From IMG/VR virus record IMGVR_UViG_3300042540_001822, positions 155,476 through 219,475 of that record: DNA of 64,000 nt. One strand, given 5' to 3'. Every line of letters starts with the position of its first letter. Position 1 is the first letter of the stretch. Shown in pieces: positions 47,009 to 55,719 of the stretch. Under the pieces are notes generated by a model. The model did not search any database. It had not been told where the DNA came from and saw only the letters and a list, made by a program, of their open reading frames with translations. A program made the translations under genes and the position numbers.

Positions 47009-48412
47009 TTAGGACATTTTTTTCAATTGTTTCTCCAACTGGTCGATTTCTATTTGGAGTTTTAACATTTTATCCTTGGCCATTCTTCTTTTGGCGTAAA
47101 GGTCTTTAATTATCGACTTCAAAATTGGATCTTCGTCGTCTCCTCCGAACACAGCTCCAGAGGAAGTTTTAATCCAACTTTCTTTTATGTCCAATAAATT
47201 TTTGCCTTTGTAAACTTCAGGAGAGATTCCCCACTGCACAATGGCGTTGGGATATAGAGAAGCAAAGTCATAACATGCTACCCATTCGTGCAAACCAACA
47301 ATTGGATCTTTGACATATGCACCGGCAAATTTGACGTGATTTTCATCCTTTCTGGTTTGGACAAAGACCTGCTTTCGTTCGAGAAATTTTCTCATCATCA
47401 TTACCTCGGTAGACCACACTGGGGAAAGAGCCCTATTGATTTCAACACCGTTTAAATTTGCTATCTTAAAGAAGGTCAGCATTGTCTTCAACTTCTTGTC
47501 GATATAATGAACCAGTGCACAGTCAATGGCGTTGTAAAAAATGAATTTACTGAAATCTGATTGGTAAAGAGTCCGTAGTGTTCCCTCGTAATGAATTTTC
47601 TTTAATCCGGTTGCTTTTTCTGCCACATAATCCAAACGATTACTTTCCTTAATTTTGATTACCCTGTCCCACTTCTTGTAAATTTCAAGATAGTCGATCA
47701 TGAGGATGTGGGCTGGAAGTTGATTTTGTCCAATAAAATAACCACTCGGAGACATGATTTTTGGATCTATTCCAAGCCTTTTGGCTCTATTAATAAGATA
47801 AGGCCAGTCGTATCCAAACCAGTTCCAACCTGTGATCACCGACATCTTAGATGCTATATCCTTGAAGAAGGTGTAAAGCATGTCATACTCAGACTCGAAC
47901 TTTTTGTACTTGAAGTCCCAGGTGTCTCCTTTTTCTTGTAAATACTCGTTGACCTGTTGGTGAATCAATCCCTGTTGTTCGGCATCCAAATCGTCCAGCC
48001 CCAGGACGATCAACTTGCATTTATCTGTGGCTATTCCTATGGACAAAATTTTATTTTTTGCCTTCTCAGTATCCAATGAATCTTTCATCTCGTCGGTCAT
48101 CTCGACCTCGATGTCCACGAAGAATTTTTTTGGGGTTTGAAATTCCCAAAGTGGTTTAGTCAGTTCTGGATCCGCCTCTTCGAGCAATTGTAAAATTCGA
48201 TATTTGTCGTATTTTGTGTTTTTATATTTCTTAATTGAAGATCCCTCCCAATTTTTCCAAACTTTATCCCGATCCCTATCGCTGTGTGAACAAATCTGCC
48301 AGACGAATCTTTCCTCTGGTGGAATCGGGACGTTAACAAATGTAATGTTTCCTTCCGGAGAAAAAGTCGAAATTTTGAGTTCTTCTCCGTTATTTTCAAT
48401 ATCTACTATCAT
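47009..48412 (-). CDS. Family B DNA polymerase, N-terminal subunit (3'-5' exonuclease + motif A; gp43A-like)
   Basis: FVDIE (ExoI), GWNWFGYD (ExoII), YNAID (ExoIII), YDFASLYP (motif A); ends after first fingers helix; start MIVDIE. Confidence 0.92.
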   Translation of the reverse strand: MIVDIENNGEELKISTFSPEGNITFVNVPIPPEERFVWQICSHSDRDRDKVWKNWEGSSIKKYKNTKYDKYRILQLLEEADPELTKPLWEFQTPKKFFVDIEVEMTDEMKDSLDTEKAKNKILSIGIATDKCKLIVLGLDDLDAEQQGLIHQQVNEYLQEKGDTWDFKYKKFESEYDMLYTFFKDIASKMSVITGWNWFGYDWPYLINRAKRLGIDPKIMSPSGYFIGQNQLPAHILMIDYLEIYKKWDRVIKIKESNRLDYVAEKATGLKKIHYEGTLRTLYQSDFSKFIFYNAIDCALVHYIDKKLKTMLTFFKIANLNGVEINRALSPVWSTEVMMMRKFLERKQVFVQTRKDENHVKFAGAYVKDPIVGLHEWVACYDFASLYPNAIVQWGISPEVYKGKNLLDIKESWIKTSSGAVFGGDDEDPILKSIIKDLYAKRRMAKDKMLKLQIEIDQLEKQLKKMS

Positions 48413-48429
48413 AAATGAAATCCTGAATG

Positions 48430-48437
48430 GATATATA
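48430..48437 (+). promoter_or_regulatory. GATATATA late-promoter-like motif
   Basis: Plus-strand copy immediately upstream of start 48443. Confidence 0.55.
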
Positions 48438-48442
48438 CACTT

Positions 48443-48769
48443 ATGTTGGACAATCTTAAAAGTTTCGGAAATTTTGTAACTGAAAACTGGAGCGCATTTG
48501 CTCCGGGAAGCGTAGCTGTGCCTGGAGAATGGTACAAGGACAATGTTAATTCCAGAAATTATCGTCCTGCCTACACCCAAATGCCTAGAGTTGTAGACGA
48601 TCTTTACAACACTACGGATTTATATTCTTATTTAGACGAGTTAGCAGAAGAAGAAGAATTTCAAAAAATGCTTACCAAAGATCACAAGAATTCCAAGAAG
48701 ATTTTAAAGTACGTGAAACAAAGAATTCACGAGACACTTTCAGGCAAGGCCAAAACAGAGTCTAAGTAG
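48443..48769 (+). CDS. Hypothetical protein with CTS-like N-terminus
   Basis: MLDNLKSFGNFVTEN. Confidence 0.6.
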   Translation: MLDNLKSFGNFVTENWSAFAPGSVAVPGEWYKDNVNSRNYRPAYTQMPRVVDDLYNTTDLYSYLDELAEEEEFQKMLTKDHKNSKKILKYVKQRIHETLSGKAKTESK

Positions 48770-49128
48770 GCCTGAAGCTTTTTGTCTGTTACCTGGATGT
48801 GAATATTTTTCTCCACAAAAATTTTCCAGGAATCTGAGGCATATCTTCCAACTCCAGGTAATTCTAAAACAGAATCGAACCCGGAATTCCACTTTTTGCT
48901 AAGATCCACTATTCTTTGACTTTTAACTGAGGAAAACCCAGTACTTCGAATAATAGTAGCTATTTGTTCGGGTTGAGTATTTGAGGCAGTCGAAGGATCA
49001 GGAATCAATTCAAAGAGTGGCAACAAAACTTTTCTGACCTGTTGGTTGGTTGTTTGATTCAATAGAATGCAACAAACCAGCATCTTCCAAGGATCTTCCA
49101 AATAGTCTTCTTGAATAAGTCTTTCCAT
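48727..49128 (-). CDS. HhH-GPD DNA glycosylase, MBD4-like
   Basis: DPWKMLVCCILLNQT, LPGVGRYASDSWKIF, TDKKL. Confidence 0.85.
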   Translation of the reverse strand: MERLIQEDYLEDPWKMLVCCILLNQTTNQQVRKVLLPLFELIPDPSTASNTQPEQIATIIRSTGFSSVKSQRIVDLSKKWNSGFDSVLELPGVGRYASDSWKIFVEKNIHIQVTDKKLQAYLDSVLALPESVS

Positions 49129-49139
49129 AAAACAAAAAT

Positions 49140-49172
49140 AAAAAAGCCCGTTCGAATTAGAACGAGCTTTTT
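49140..49172 (-). terminator. Intrinsic terminator after hsp20
   Basis: AAAAGCTCGTTC-TAATTC-GAACGGGCTTTT then U. Confidence 0.7.
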
Positions 49173-49196
49173 CAAAAATTGCCAGAATTTTTTAAC

Positions 49197-49553
49197 TTAC
49201 AGAATTGTGATTTTCTTGGAGATAGCCTGCTTTTTCTTCGGGATTCTTATAGAGAGAATGCCGTTTTCTAATTTGGCTTCCATTTTAGACCCATCAACGG
49301 TCTCTGGCAACTTGTATTTTTTTGAAAATCCATTGGACCATTTGTTGGTGTTGGATTTTGCTTCCACTAGAAGCACATTGTCTGTTACCTCCAATGAAAT
49401 TTCGGATTGAGAAAATCCAGGAACTTTGAATTCAGCATCCAAAGAATTTTCTTGTTCGTTGACACGGTAATCTACGGGGTCAACTAAACCTAGATCATTG
49501 GATAGAATTCTATCCATCATTTCTAGGGGGTGATAAAACCGATATTTGTTCAT
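49197..49553 (-). CDS. Small heat-shock protein Hsp20
   Basis: FKVPGFSQSEI, FSKKYKLP, AKLENGILSIRIPK. Confidence 0.9.
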   Translation of the reverse strand: MNKYRFYHPLEMMDRILSNDLGLVDPVDYRVNEQENSLDAEFKVPGFSQSEISLEVTDNVLLVEAKSNTNKWSNGFSKKYKLPETVDGSKMEAKLENGILSIRIPKKKQAISKKITIL

Positions 49554-49670
49554 AAATGTTAATTTTTTTTAACATTCAAGAATCAAATTTTGTTCCGAAC
49601 TAAAATTATAACGGATTAACCGACAAATTGTCTTAAAAAAAATAATTAACAGGAAATTTTGTCGAAAAAA

Positions 49671-50132
49671 TTATTTCTCCTGCAATTTTTTCATTGTTTT
49701 CACAAAATCAGAAAAATTCTGAATAGTTTTAGACCTTGTTTTTTTTCCTTTTTTGTCCTTTTGTGCTGATGGAGTTCCAACTGTCAGAGAGGTAAACTTA
49801 TCTCCAGATCCTTGTTTAGAAGCATCGTAAAAATTTGCATTTGTTCCTGGACCTGTTGGTGGTGTCACCGGTCCCATACCAGGGGTAGAATTTAAACTCG
49901 CCATTCCGCCTTCACTTTCTTCCATCTTGAATTTTGGATAACCACATTTTTGCATGTAATTTTCAACCTGCCAATTTTCTGTACAATATGAATTTTCCAC
50001 CATCCATTCACACAGAGATTCTAAAATTTCTTCGGCAGAATTTTTTTCGGATTCATAATAAGGAAGATCGTCACAACAGCATAAACAAACTACTGTGTGT
50101 CCTTGTGTGGTATTACCTGTTGGGAAAAACAT
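49671..50132 (-). CDS. Hypothetical protein
   Basis: Cys cluster CLCCCD; TPGMGPVTPP; C-terminal IQNFSDFV. Confidence 0.55.
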   Translation of the reverse strand: MFFPTGNTTQGHTVVCLCCCDDLPYYESEKNSAEEILESLCEWMVENSYCTENWQVENYMQKCGYPKFKMEESEGGMASLNSTPGMGPVTPPTGPGTNANFYDASKQGSGDKFTSLTVGTPSAQKDKKGKKTRSKTIQNFSDFVKTMKKLQEK

Positions 50133-50146
50133 AATTTCAATTTTTT

Positions 50147-50383
50147 TTAAAGTACTTCTACAACATCTTTTGCAAATATTCTAATGATTCTTCCTTCTTG
50201 ATTGTTGGTTATATAACCGATTAAAGAACCATTTACGTCTCTTATTGGACTAGTTACATTCAAAATTGAACCGGTAGAATGCCTTATGGTTCTACCTGTA
50301 AGAGGATCTGGTTCTGAGTTTAAACTAGATTCACTCATTTGTGTTATTTGTTCATGGTTAGCTTGTCCACATCCGCAACTCAT
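50147..50383 (-). CDS. Hypothetical protein
   Basis: MSCGCG start; GATATATA upstream. Confidence 0.55.
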   Translation of the reverse strand: MSCGCGQANHEQITQMSESSLNSEPDPLTGRTIRHSTGSILNVTSPIRDVNGSLIGYITNNQEGRIIRIFAKDVVEVL

Positions 50384-50404
50384 AATATTTGGGTTTAATT
50401 TATT

Positions 50405-50412
50405 TATATATC
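50405..50412 (-). promoter_or_regulatory. GATATATA late-promoter-like motif
   Basis: Upstream of start 50383. Confidence 0.55.
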
Positions 50413-50828
50413 TATCTGTAATCGTTTCTCAATTCTTTTCTTCTCAAATAATTGAAGAGATATTGTAAAGCCCTGTTATAATCCTTCAAAGTTTTAAAAG
50501 GTCTAGGAAATCTACGGATGTCGTTTCCTCCCCCTTGCGGGATTTCGTGAGATTTTTCTGGATTGTACCTTCTGACAATTCCACTTGGATGAACCGTGTA
50601 AAAAACATCTCCGTGACCTCTTTCTCTTTGTTTGTTTTTTGTTCTAACAAATTTCAAGGTATTATTTAATTCCTGCTGATGTGAATGATCCTCTTCAAAT
50701 CCTAAATCTATGATATTTCTATATGCTCCAGATTTTCTGATGTCATCCAAAGAAATATCCCTCCTGGTATCGGCTTTGTATTCTAACCTAGGATCATATT
50801 TTTTAAATTCCAACAGGTGATAGAGCAT
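50412..50828 (-). CDS. Hypothetical protein
   Basis: MLYHLLEFKKY start; basic 138 aa. Confidence 0.55.
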   Translation of the reverse strand: MLYHLLEFKKYDPRLEYKADTRRDISLDDIRKSGAYRNIIDLGFEEDHSHQQELNNTLKFVRTKNKQRERGHGDVFYTVHPSGIVRRYNPEKSHEIPQGGGNDIRRFPRPFKTLKDYNRALQYLFNYLRRKELRNDYR

Positions 50829-50831
50829 CGA

Positions 50832-51524
50832 TTAAGATTTTTTACTCGAAATATAATCACGGTAATCTGCCAAATGTGTCATTTTCTTTTTTCCTTTTGG
50901 CTTGGTTACCTCTGGATTCAAATGTGGAACGATAGGTTTAATACCACCTCCTACGTTCAAACCCGGAGTAAAAGTTGGCATTTTCTTCGAACCAATGATG
51001 GGAGAAGTTGCACCAGATACCGGAATCCCTTTCTCATCCAGTGATTCTGATTCTTCAACTTTTCCCGTCAACATTTCAATATCTTCTATTGATAAACCAT
51101 AATCATCGTTAAAATCTGTGAAGTAAACATGTCCATTCACATTTTGTCCAACTTCAGTTACTGTTAAAACGTCACCCTCTTGAAGATCTTCAAAACCTTT
51201 AGCAGGAGAATACCACTCGGGATAAGTTACATTCATAATTCGAATTTTATCGCCTGGTTTGTAATATTGGGTCTTCGATTTTGTTGAGTCTTCCTCGACT
51301 GCTTGATAATCGTCGTACTCGAAAGTTTCTTTTACGTAGTGTGGGAGTTTTCTGGTTTTGGTTGAAGCATACTTCTCCAACTCCTTGTTGGTCATCTCTC
51401 CATCGGCAATAGCCTTGATTTCTTTCCTATACTTTGAATCGATGTCTTTTAATTTAAGTTGACCCGACCTTAAAGCCCAAGCCTGGCCCATGAGAGATTG
51501 TTGTGCTTTTGAAACTGCTGGCAT
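50832..51524 (-). CDS. Protein with DUF3008-like N-terminus
   Basis: MPAVSKAQQSLMGQAWALRSG...ELEKYASTKTRKLP. Confidence 0.6.
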   Translation of the reverse strand: MPAVSKAQQSLMGQAWALRSGQLKLKDIDSKYRKEIKAIADGEMTNKELEKYASTKTRKLPHYVKETFEYDDYQAVEEDSTKSKTQYYKPGDKIRIMNVTYPEWYSPAKGFEDLQEGDVLTVTEVGQNVNGHVYFTDFNDDYGLSIEDIEMLTGKVEESESLDEKGIPVSGATSPIIGSKKMPTFTPGLNVGGGIKPIVPHLNPEVTKPKGKKKMTHLADYRDYISSKKS

Positions 51525-51528
51525 TTTA

Positions 51529-52128
51529 TTATTCAATTTTTTTTAGTTTTATGTAGTAATTAGGATCTTCAAATAGATGATCCATGGCTATTTCTCTTGC
51601 CTTTTGTGGAGAATCTGTGTGTTCCATCTCAACAAAAACACCATCAACCAACTGTCTGGTTAGGTAATCTACAACTCCTGGTAAATTGTGACCAATTGTT
51701 TCGGTGTGTTTTTTCGCTAAATCTAAAATTGTGAGTTTATCCCCTACTCCACCTTTAAGAATTTCACTGGATGTATTATTTTCTTTTAGATAAAGATTTT
51801 TCATTTTCTTTTTCATCTCCGAAGGTGTCATAGGCTTAGCGTTCAAGCCCCAATTGGCATTCGGATTGATGATTTTAGAAGATTTCTTTTTCCATTCGGG
51901 AAAAGTCCAAAGCCACTTGTTGTATGCCTTTCCCACAATTTCGAATCCCTTGTCTCCCGGTTGGATAGCGATTGGTGATTGTGGAGGCATATAAGAACTC
52001 GTCTCTGCCTCATTACTTTGTTTGAAAGCCTTGTCGACCAACTTAAAACCACTATCTCCGTCAGGAATTTTCTTGGCAGATTTGGGTGGTTTGTAGCTTG
52101 AGGTCAGAGACGGGTTCTTTTTTTTCAT
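51529..52128 (-). CDS. Protein with C-terminal DUF5661-like domain
   Basis: GVFVEMEHTD..AREIAMDHLFEDPNYYIKL. Confidence 0.65.
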   Translation of the reverse strand: MKKKNPSLTSSYKPPKSAKKIPDGDSGFKLVDKAFKQSNEAETSSYMPPQSPIAIQPGDKGFEIVGKAYNKWLWTFPEWKKKSSKIINPNANWGLNAKPMTPSEMKKKMKNLYLKENNTSSEILKGGVGDKLTILDLAKKHTETIGHNLPGVVDYLTRQLVDGVFVEMEHTDSPQKAREIAMDHLFEDPNYYIKLKKIE

Positions 52129-52142
52129 TCCATGTTATTATG

Positions 52143-52349
52143 TTAGGCAATCACTGCTTCCACTTTTGATTTTGAAATTTGAATAGTTTCAAAAAATCCA
52201 GAAACCCCTTCAAGGTGTGAAGCAACTTTGTGTTCAACCTCGAGCACGGATTCTGCTTCGACCAAAAATTCTCCTTTGGACATAACAGGGTCACCATTTT
52301 TCTTGGTTTCACCAGATTCGAATTGTACTCTTGCGATGTAGTATGGCAT
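52143..52349 (-). CDS. DUF4494-like small protein
   Basis: YYIARVQFES...EFLVEAESVLEVE; recalled as Bacteroidota family. Confidence 0.6.
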   Translation of the reverse strand: MPYYIARVQFESGETKKNGDPVMSKGEFLVEAESVLEVEHKVASHLEGVSGFFETIQISKSKVEAVIA

Positions 52350-52423
52350 AAAAATTTATTTAGATGTCTTTTTTACTTCTCTTCTACTTTTTGTTTCCAC
52401 CGAGTAATCCGAATCTTTTGTTC

Positions 52424-52431
52424 TATATATC
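52424..52431 (-). promoter_or_regulatory. GATATATA late-promoter-like motif
   Basis: Directly after terminator, upstream of 52349 gene block. Confidence 0.5.
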
Positions 52432-52453
52432 TTTTTTCCAAAACACAAAGCAC

Positions 52454-52482
52454 AAAAAAAGGCAACTCTTGGAGTTGCCTTT
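52454..52482 (-). terminator. Intrinsic terminator after Hc1-like gene
   Basis: GGCAACTC-CAA-GAGTTGCC then 7 U. Confidence 0.8.
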
Positions 52483-52500
52483 CTGGGTAGTAGAAAGAAA

Positions 52501-52677
52501 TTAGGCTTTGTTTTTTTCCTCTTGGATTTCAAGCCTAAGCTGCTGAGCGAGTTTTTTCAGTTCTTGCAAAGACTGTCTAACACGTGTGCCAGCAGACATG
52601 TTGCCTTTTTCTGAAAATTTCACCATATCAGTTTCAACTGTTTCTACCAAAGATTTGATTGCTTCAAATGTTTGCAT
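52501..52677 (-). CDS. Histone H1-like (Hc1 family) nucleoid protein, 58 aa (not in ORF track)
   Basis: MQTFEAIKSLVETVETDMVKFSEKGNMSAGTRVRQSLQELKKLAQQLRLEIQEEKNKA; KGNxxAGTRxRxxL signature. Confidence 0.8.
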   Translation of the reverse strand: MQTFEAIKSLVETVETDMVKFSEKGNMSAGTRVRQSLQELKKLAQQLRLEIQEEKNKA

Positions 52678-52760
52678 GATAATTGGTTTTTTGTTTTATT
52701 TTAGATCCAAAATTCTAAAAAGTTCCCATTTTTGGATCTTTAAGTTCGATTTTTTTTAAT

Positions 52761-53294
52761 TTATCTGTTCCACAAATAAATCTTTTTGGAAGATCCATCT
52801 TGCATGTGCCAATCTTCTCCCAAAGCGAAAGAAAGCAATGATTTAGAATATGCTCCATAGTTCTTGATGTCCAAATTCAAATTCATCTCATCAACCATTC
52901 TAATGATTTTTGGATTTTTCTCCAAATAGCTGGAAATACACTTTCCGATTTGTTCGAACAATCTAGAAAGTTCACCACCGGATAGTTTAAAAGAAACTTT
53001 GTTTTTTTCTGGCAAACTTCCTTTATTAATCGCAATATCTTCTATGACTTCTGTTCCAATTTTGTTGATGTTCAAAACAGCGTATGAATTTTTGGGACCA
53101 TCCATAGACTCATATTGTGAATACTTTCCTATCATCAAACAGAATCCTTCGGGATCTTCTTTTTCTCTTTCCAATTGGAAAAAGTAATAATAAACATCAC
53201 CTTCTTTTTTAAGTAAAAATGGCATTGTTCCGAAGCCATCGGCCTCGTTCAACGTGTTTGACAGAAAATCTGTATAATTAAATAAATTTTTCAC
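52761..53294 (-). CDS. Hypothetical protein with CTS-like N-terminus
   Basis: (GTG)KNLFNYTDFLSNTLNEA. Confidence 0.6.
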   Translation of the reverse strand: MKNLFNYTDFLSNTLNEADGFGTMPFLLKKEGDVYYYFFQLEREKEDPEGFCLMIGKYSQYESMDGPKNSYAVLNINKIGTEVIEDIAINKGSLPEKNKVSFKLSGGELSRLFEQIGKCISSYLEKNPKIIRMVDEMNLNLDIKNYGAYSKSLLSFALGEDWHMQDGSSKKIYLWNR

Positions 53295-53311
53295 AGTGAA
53301 TCTTTTTTGTG

Positions 53312-53319
53312 TATATATC
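53312..53319 (-). promoter_or_regulatory. GATATATA late-promoter-like motif
   Basis: Upstream of start 53294. Confidence 0.55.
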
Positions 53320-55232
53320 TAATTTTTCTTCAAGTCTGACACCAAACCAGAATACAAATTAAGTACCGACTTTGGCAGCATCTTTTTCAAGGATGCATAA
53401 TCTTCTTCTTCCAATTTAGATCTTACCTCTGTGGCAGAGGTGCTTCTAGGCGTTTCAACCAATTTAAAGTCTTCCGGCAATTTATCGAACAACTCCGTTT
53501 TTTTAATGTAATCCATCTGCTTGTCATAATCGTCTTGTCGATCTTCACCAGCTCCGACGAGATGTGGCTCGAATCCCATCTCCACCAATTTGTTCACTGC
53601 AGATCCCAACAGACCCCGTGGAACGATCATGTAGTCCTTTAAAACATCTCCGTGTTCTTTTACCACAGCATCCATATACTGCTTTATTGTTGTTTCCCCA
53701 AATGGAGATTTTCCACTCTTATTGTGTCCAGGATAAACAACAACCACAAAAGAAGGTAATTTATTTTCCTCGTGTAACTTTTTGGCCATCTTTAAATGTC
53801 CCAAATGAAAAGGTTGAAAACGCCCCATGATGACATTGATCTTTTTGTCTTCTTCCTTTTCAACCAATGGTTCTTCTTCATCAGAAGATTGCTGGTCTAT
53901 ACTTTCTAATTTAGAAATAAAATCATCGAAAGAAAGTAAAGGATTTTCGTTCTTTTCTGTATCCTCGCTTTCTTCCAACACATATTTCACATTAGGCTTT
54001 GAATCTTTTTGAAAATCCAAAAAGCTAACAAATTCGGATTCATTGACTTCTTTTTCTGGACGTTCGATATGATCTTTAATTTCTTGGATTAGCAAATTCA
54101 GCTGGGCCAGAGTTCCAGATGTGACTATTCCAGAAGCACGGGTTTTTAGTTTTCTGAAAGAATTTAACAGAAGTTTGTACAGTGACTCGAAGGCTTCGTC
54201 TTCTTCAACAAATTTTGCCACTCTACGATCCCTGACCAAATCCCTATTTAATCTGAATTCTGGCTTTTTTAGATATTCTGGTTCTTCAAAATCTGCTCCT
54301 CTGTATTTCTCGGCATTTTCCTCCAAAAATTTAGCAAACACGTCAGAAATAAATGAAATATACCTTTCGTCTTCTCCTTCTCCTTCTACCTCAAAAGAAT
54401 CTACACCCTGCTGTAGGATAAAATTCATTACGTCTAACAGGGTAATTCCAAGAAAATCAGAAGGCTTTTTATCCCTCTTTTCTTGATATTTTGTTTTGGC
54501 TAAATCAGTGAACAAAGGATCAACCATCTTTGCCAGAACCGTTTCATTCTCTGAATTTGGTTCTCCGAATCTGAATACTACACCTTCTACATCTTTATCT
54601 AGATCATCGTTCAGAGCGCTGGATTTCAATTCTGGATTTAAAACAGAAATGATAAATCTAACAAAACTTTGGGTTTGGAATCTCGAAACTAGCTGCTGAA
54701 ATGGAGTTGCCAAAAATTCGGTCAACTGCTCTTTTTGTGTTTCGTCCAGATAGCCTTGGAAAATAATAGGGCTTCTTTCCACTCCCAATAAATCTGCCCA
54801 CGTGTCCAATTTTTCTTTCTGCTGAATTGTTTTGGCGATCTTTCCTTGTAAATCCATTTTATGGACGAACGAAAGTATCAAGTGATTCTTAGGAATTCTG
54901 TCGTAAACAATTTCAACAGGCTTAGTGTTGGCAAAATATTCCAATCCAAATCTCCAACCTCTTGGAATTTTTTCTAAAATGTCAGGAGGCAAGGATTCAA
55001 TGTACTGAATTGGCTTTTCGTAATACTTCATCAAAGTCCTGTCAACCAATGTGATTGGATTTCTTTGGTCTCTCCTATAAAAATTGAACTTACCAGTTTC
55101 TAAATCCCTCTCAAAAGAAAAGGCAGATCCATCCATCTTTTCATTGATGGTAACAAATTGAGAAAAAAGAGATTGAATGAAATCCGCCCCTTTCTTATTA
55201 TACATATCGTATAGGTGGTTGATACCTGCCAT
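53319..55232 (-). CDS. RNA-ligase-like covalent nucleotidyltransferase fused to HxGH cytidylyltransferase/NMNAT-like domain
   Basis: EKMDGS (motif I), GLEYF (III), EGVVFR (IV), AKMVD (V); C-terminal GRFQPFHLGH and TSATEVR. Confidence 0.75.
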   Translation of the reverse strand: MAGINHLYDMYNKKGADFIQSLFSQFVTINEKMDGSAFSFERDLETGKFNFYRRDQRNPITLVDRTLMKYYEKPIQYIESLPPDILEKIPRGWRFGLEYFANTKPVEIVYDRIPKNHLILSFVHKMDLQGKIAKTIQQKEKLDTWADLLGVERSPIIFQGYLDETQKEQLTEFLATPFQQLVSRFQTQSFVRFIISVLNPELKSSALNDDLDKDVEGVVFRFGEPNSENETVLAKMVDPLFTDLAKTKYQEKRDKKPSDFLGITLLDVMNFILQQGVDSFEVEGEGEDERYISFISDVFAKFLEENAEKYRGADFEEPEYLKKPEFRLNRDLVRDRRVAKFVEEDEAFESLYKLLLNSFRKLKTRASGIVTSGTLAQLNLLIQEIKDHIERPEKEVNESEFVSFLDFQKDSKPNVKYVLEESEDTEKNENPLLSFDDFISKLESIDQQSSDEEEPLVEKEEDKKINVIMGRFQPFHLGHLKMAKKLHEENKLPSFVVVVYPGHNKSGKSPFGETTIKQYMDAVVKEHGDVLKDYMIVPRGLLGSAVNKLVEMGFEPHLVGAGEDRQDDYDKQMDYIKKTELFDKLPEDFKLVETPRSTSATEVRSKLEEEDYASLKKMLPKSVLNLYSGLVSDLKKN

Positions 55233-55239
55233 GACTTAT

Positions 55240-55719
55240 TTATTTGTGTGTGAAATCTTTTTTGAATGTGAAGATCCCATATGCTTTTTCCATTTCTTTG
55301 TTCAAATCTTCAACCAGATCCATATGAATGACTTGACTAATTCCTTCTATAATTTTTCTAACAAAAATTTTGGACTTTAACTGTAGAGGGGAATTCCAAG
55401 CCAAAATAAGTTTAGGAAGATAAATTTGAATTCCAGGGGGATCAAAATTTTCGAAATCAATAAGTTCGAAAACCCTTTTTTCCACCGTGTAAACTAACTC
55501 GTTATTCAATAATATTTTTCTGTCTCCGTGTTTTGTTTTTATAATTAAACCGGAAGAACCATTTTCAGTTTTAAATAAAACCAGCTTTCCATCTCTGACA
55601 ACTGCCTGTGGGGAATTACCGTCAAGAAAAAAATCCAAGGCTGTGTATAAGGGATCAAACATCATCGGACAAAGAATTTTGTTTAGTTTGTACCTCTGAA
55701 GGGATTGGCAATTTAGCAC
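55240..55719 (-). CDS. Hypothetical protein
   Basis: ORF; true start likely MMFDPLY. Confidence 0.5.
   Translation of the reverse strand: MLNCQSLQRYKLNKILCPMMFDPLYTALDFFLDGNSPQAVVRDGKLVLFKTENGSSGLIIKTKHGDRKILLNNELVYTVEKRVFELIDFENFDPPGIQIYLPKLILAWNSPLQLKSKIFVRKIIEGISQVIHMDLVEDLNKEMEKAYGIFTFKKDFTHK

Noticed and set aside
26419-48412. Split intein joining the two PolB halves
   Set aside because: No Cys/Ser-initiated intein N-block at the end of the N-half and no HN-terminated block at the start of the C-half
48412-48580. N-terminal extension of the polymerase exonuclease subunit
   Set aside because: Runs antisense over plus-strand ORF 48443 and its promoter motif; MIVDIE at 48412 is the plausible start
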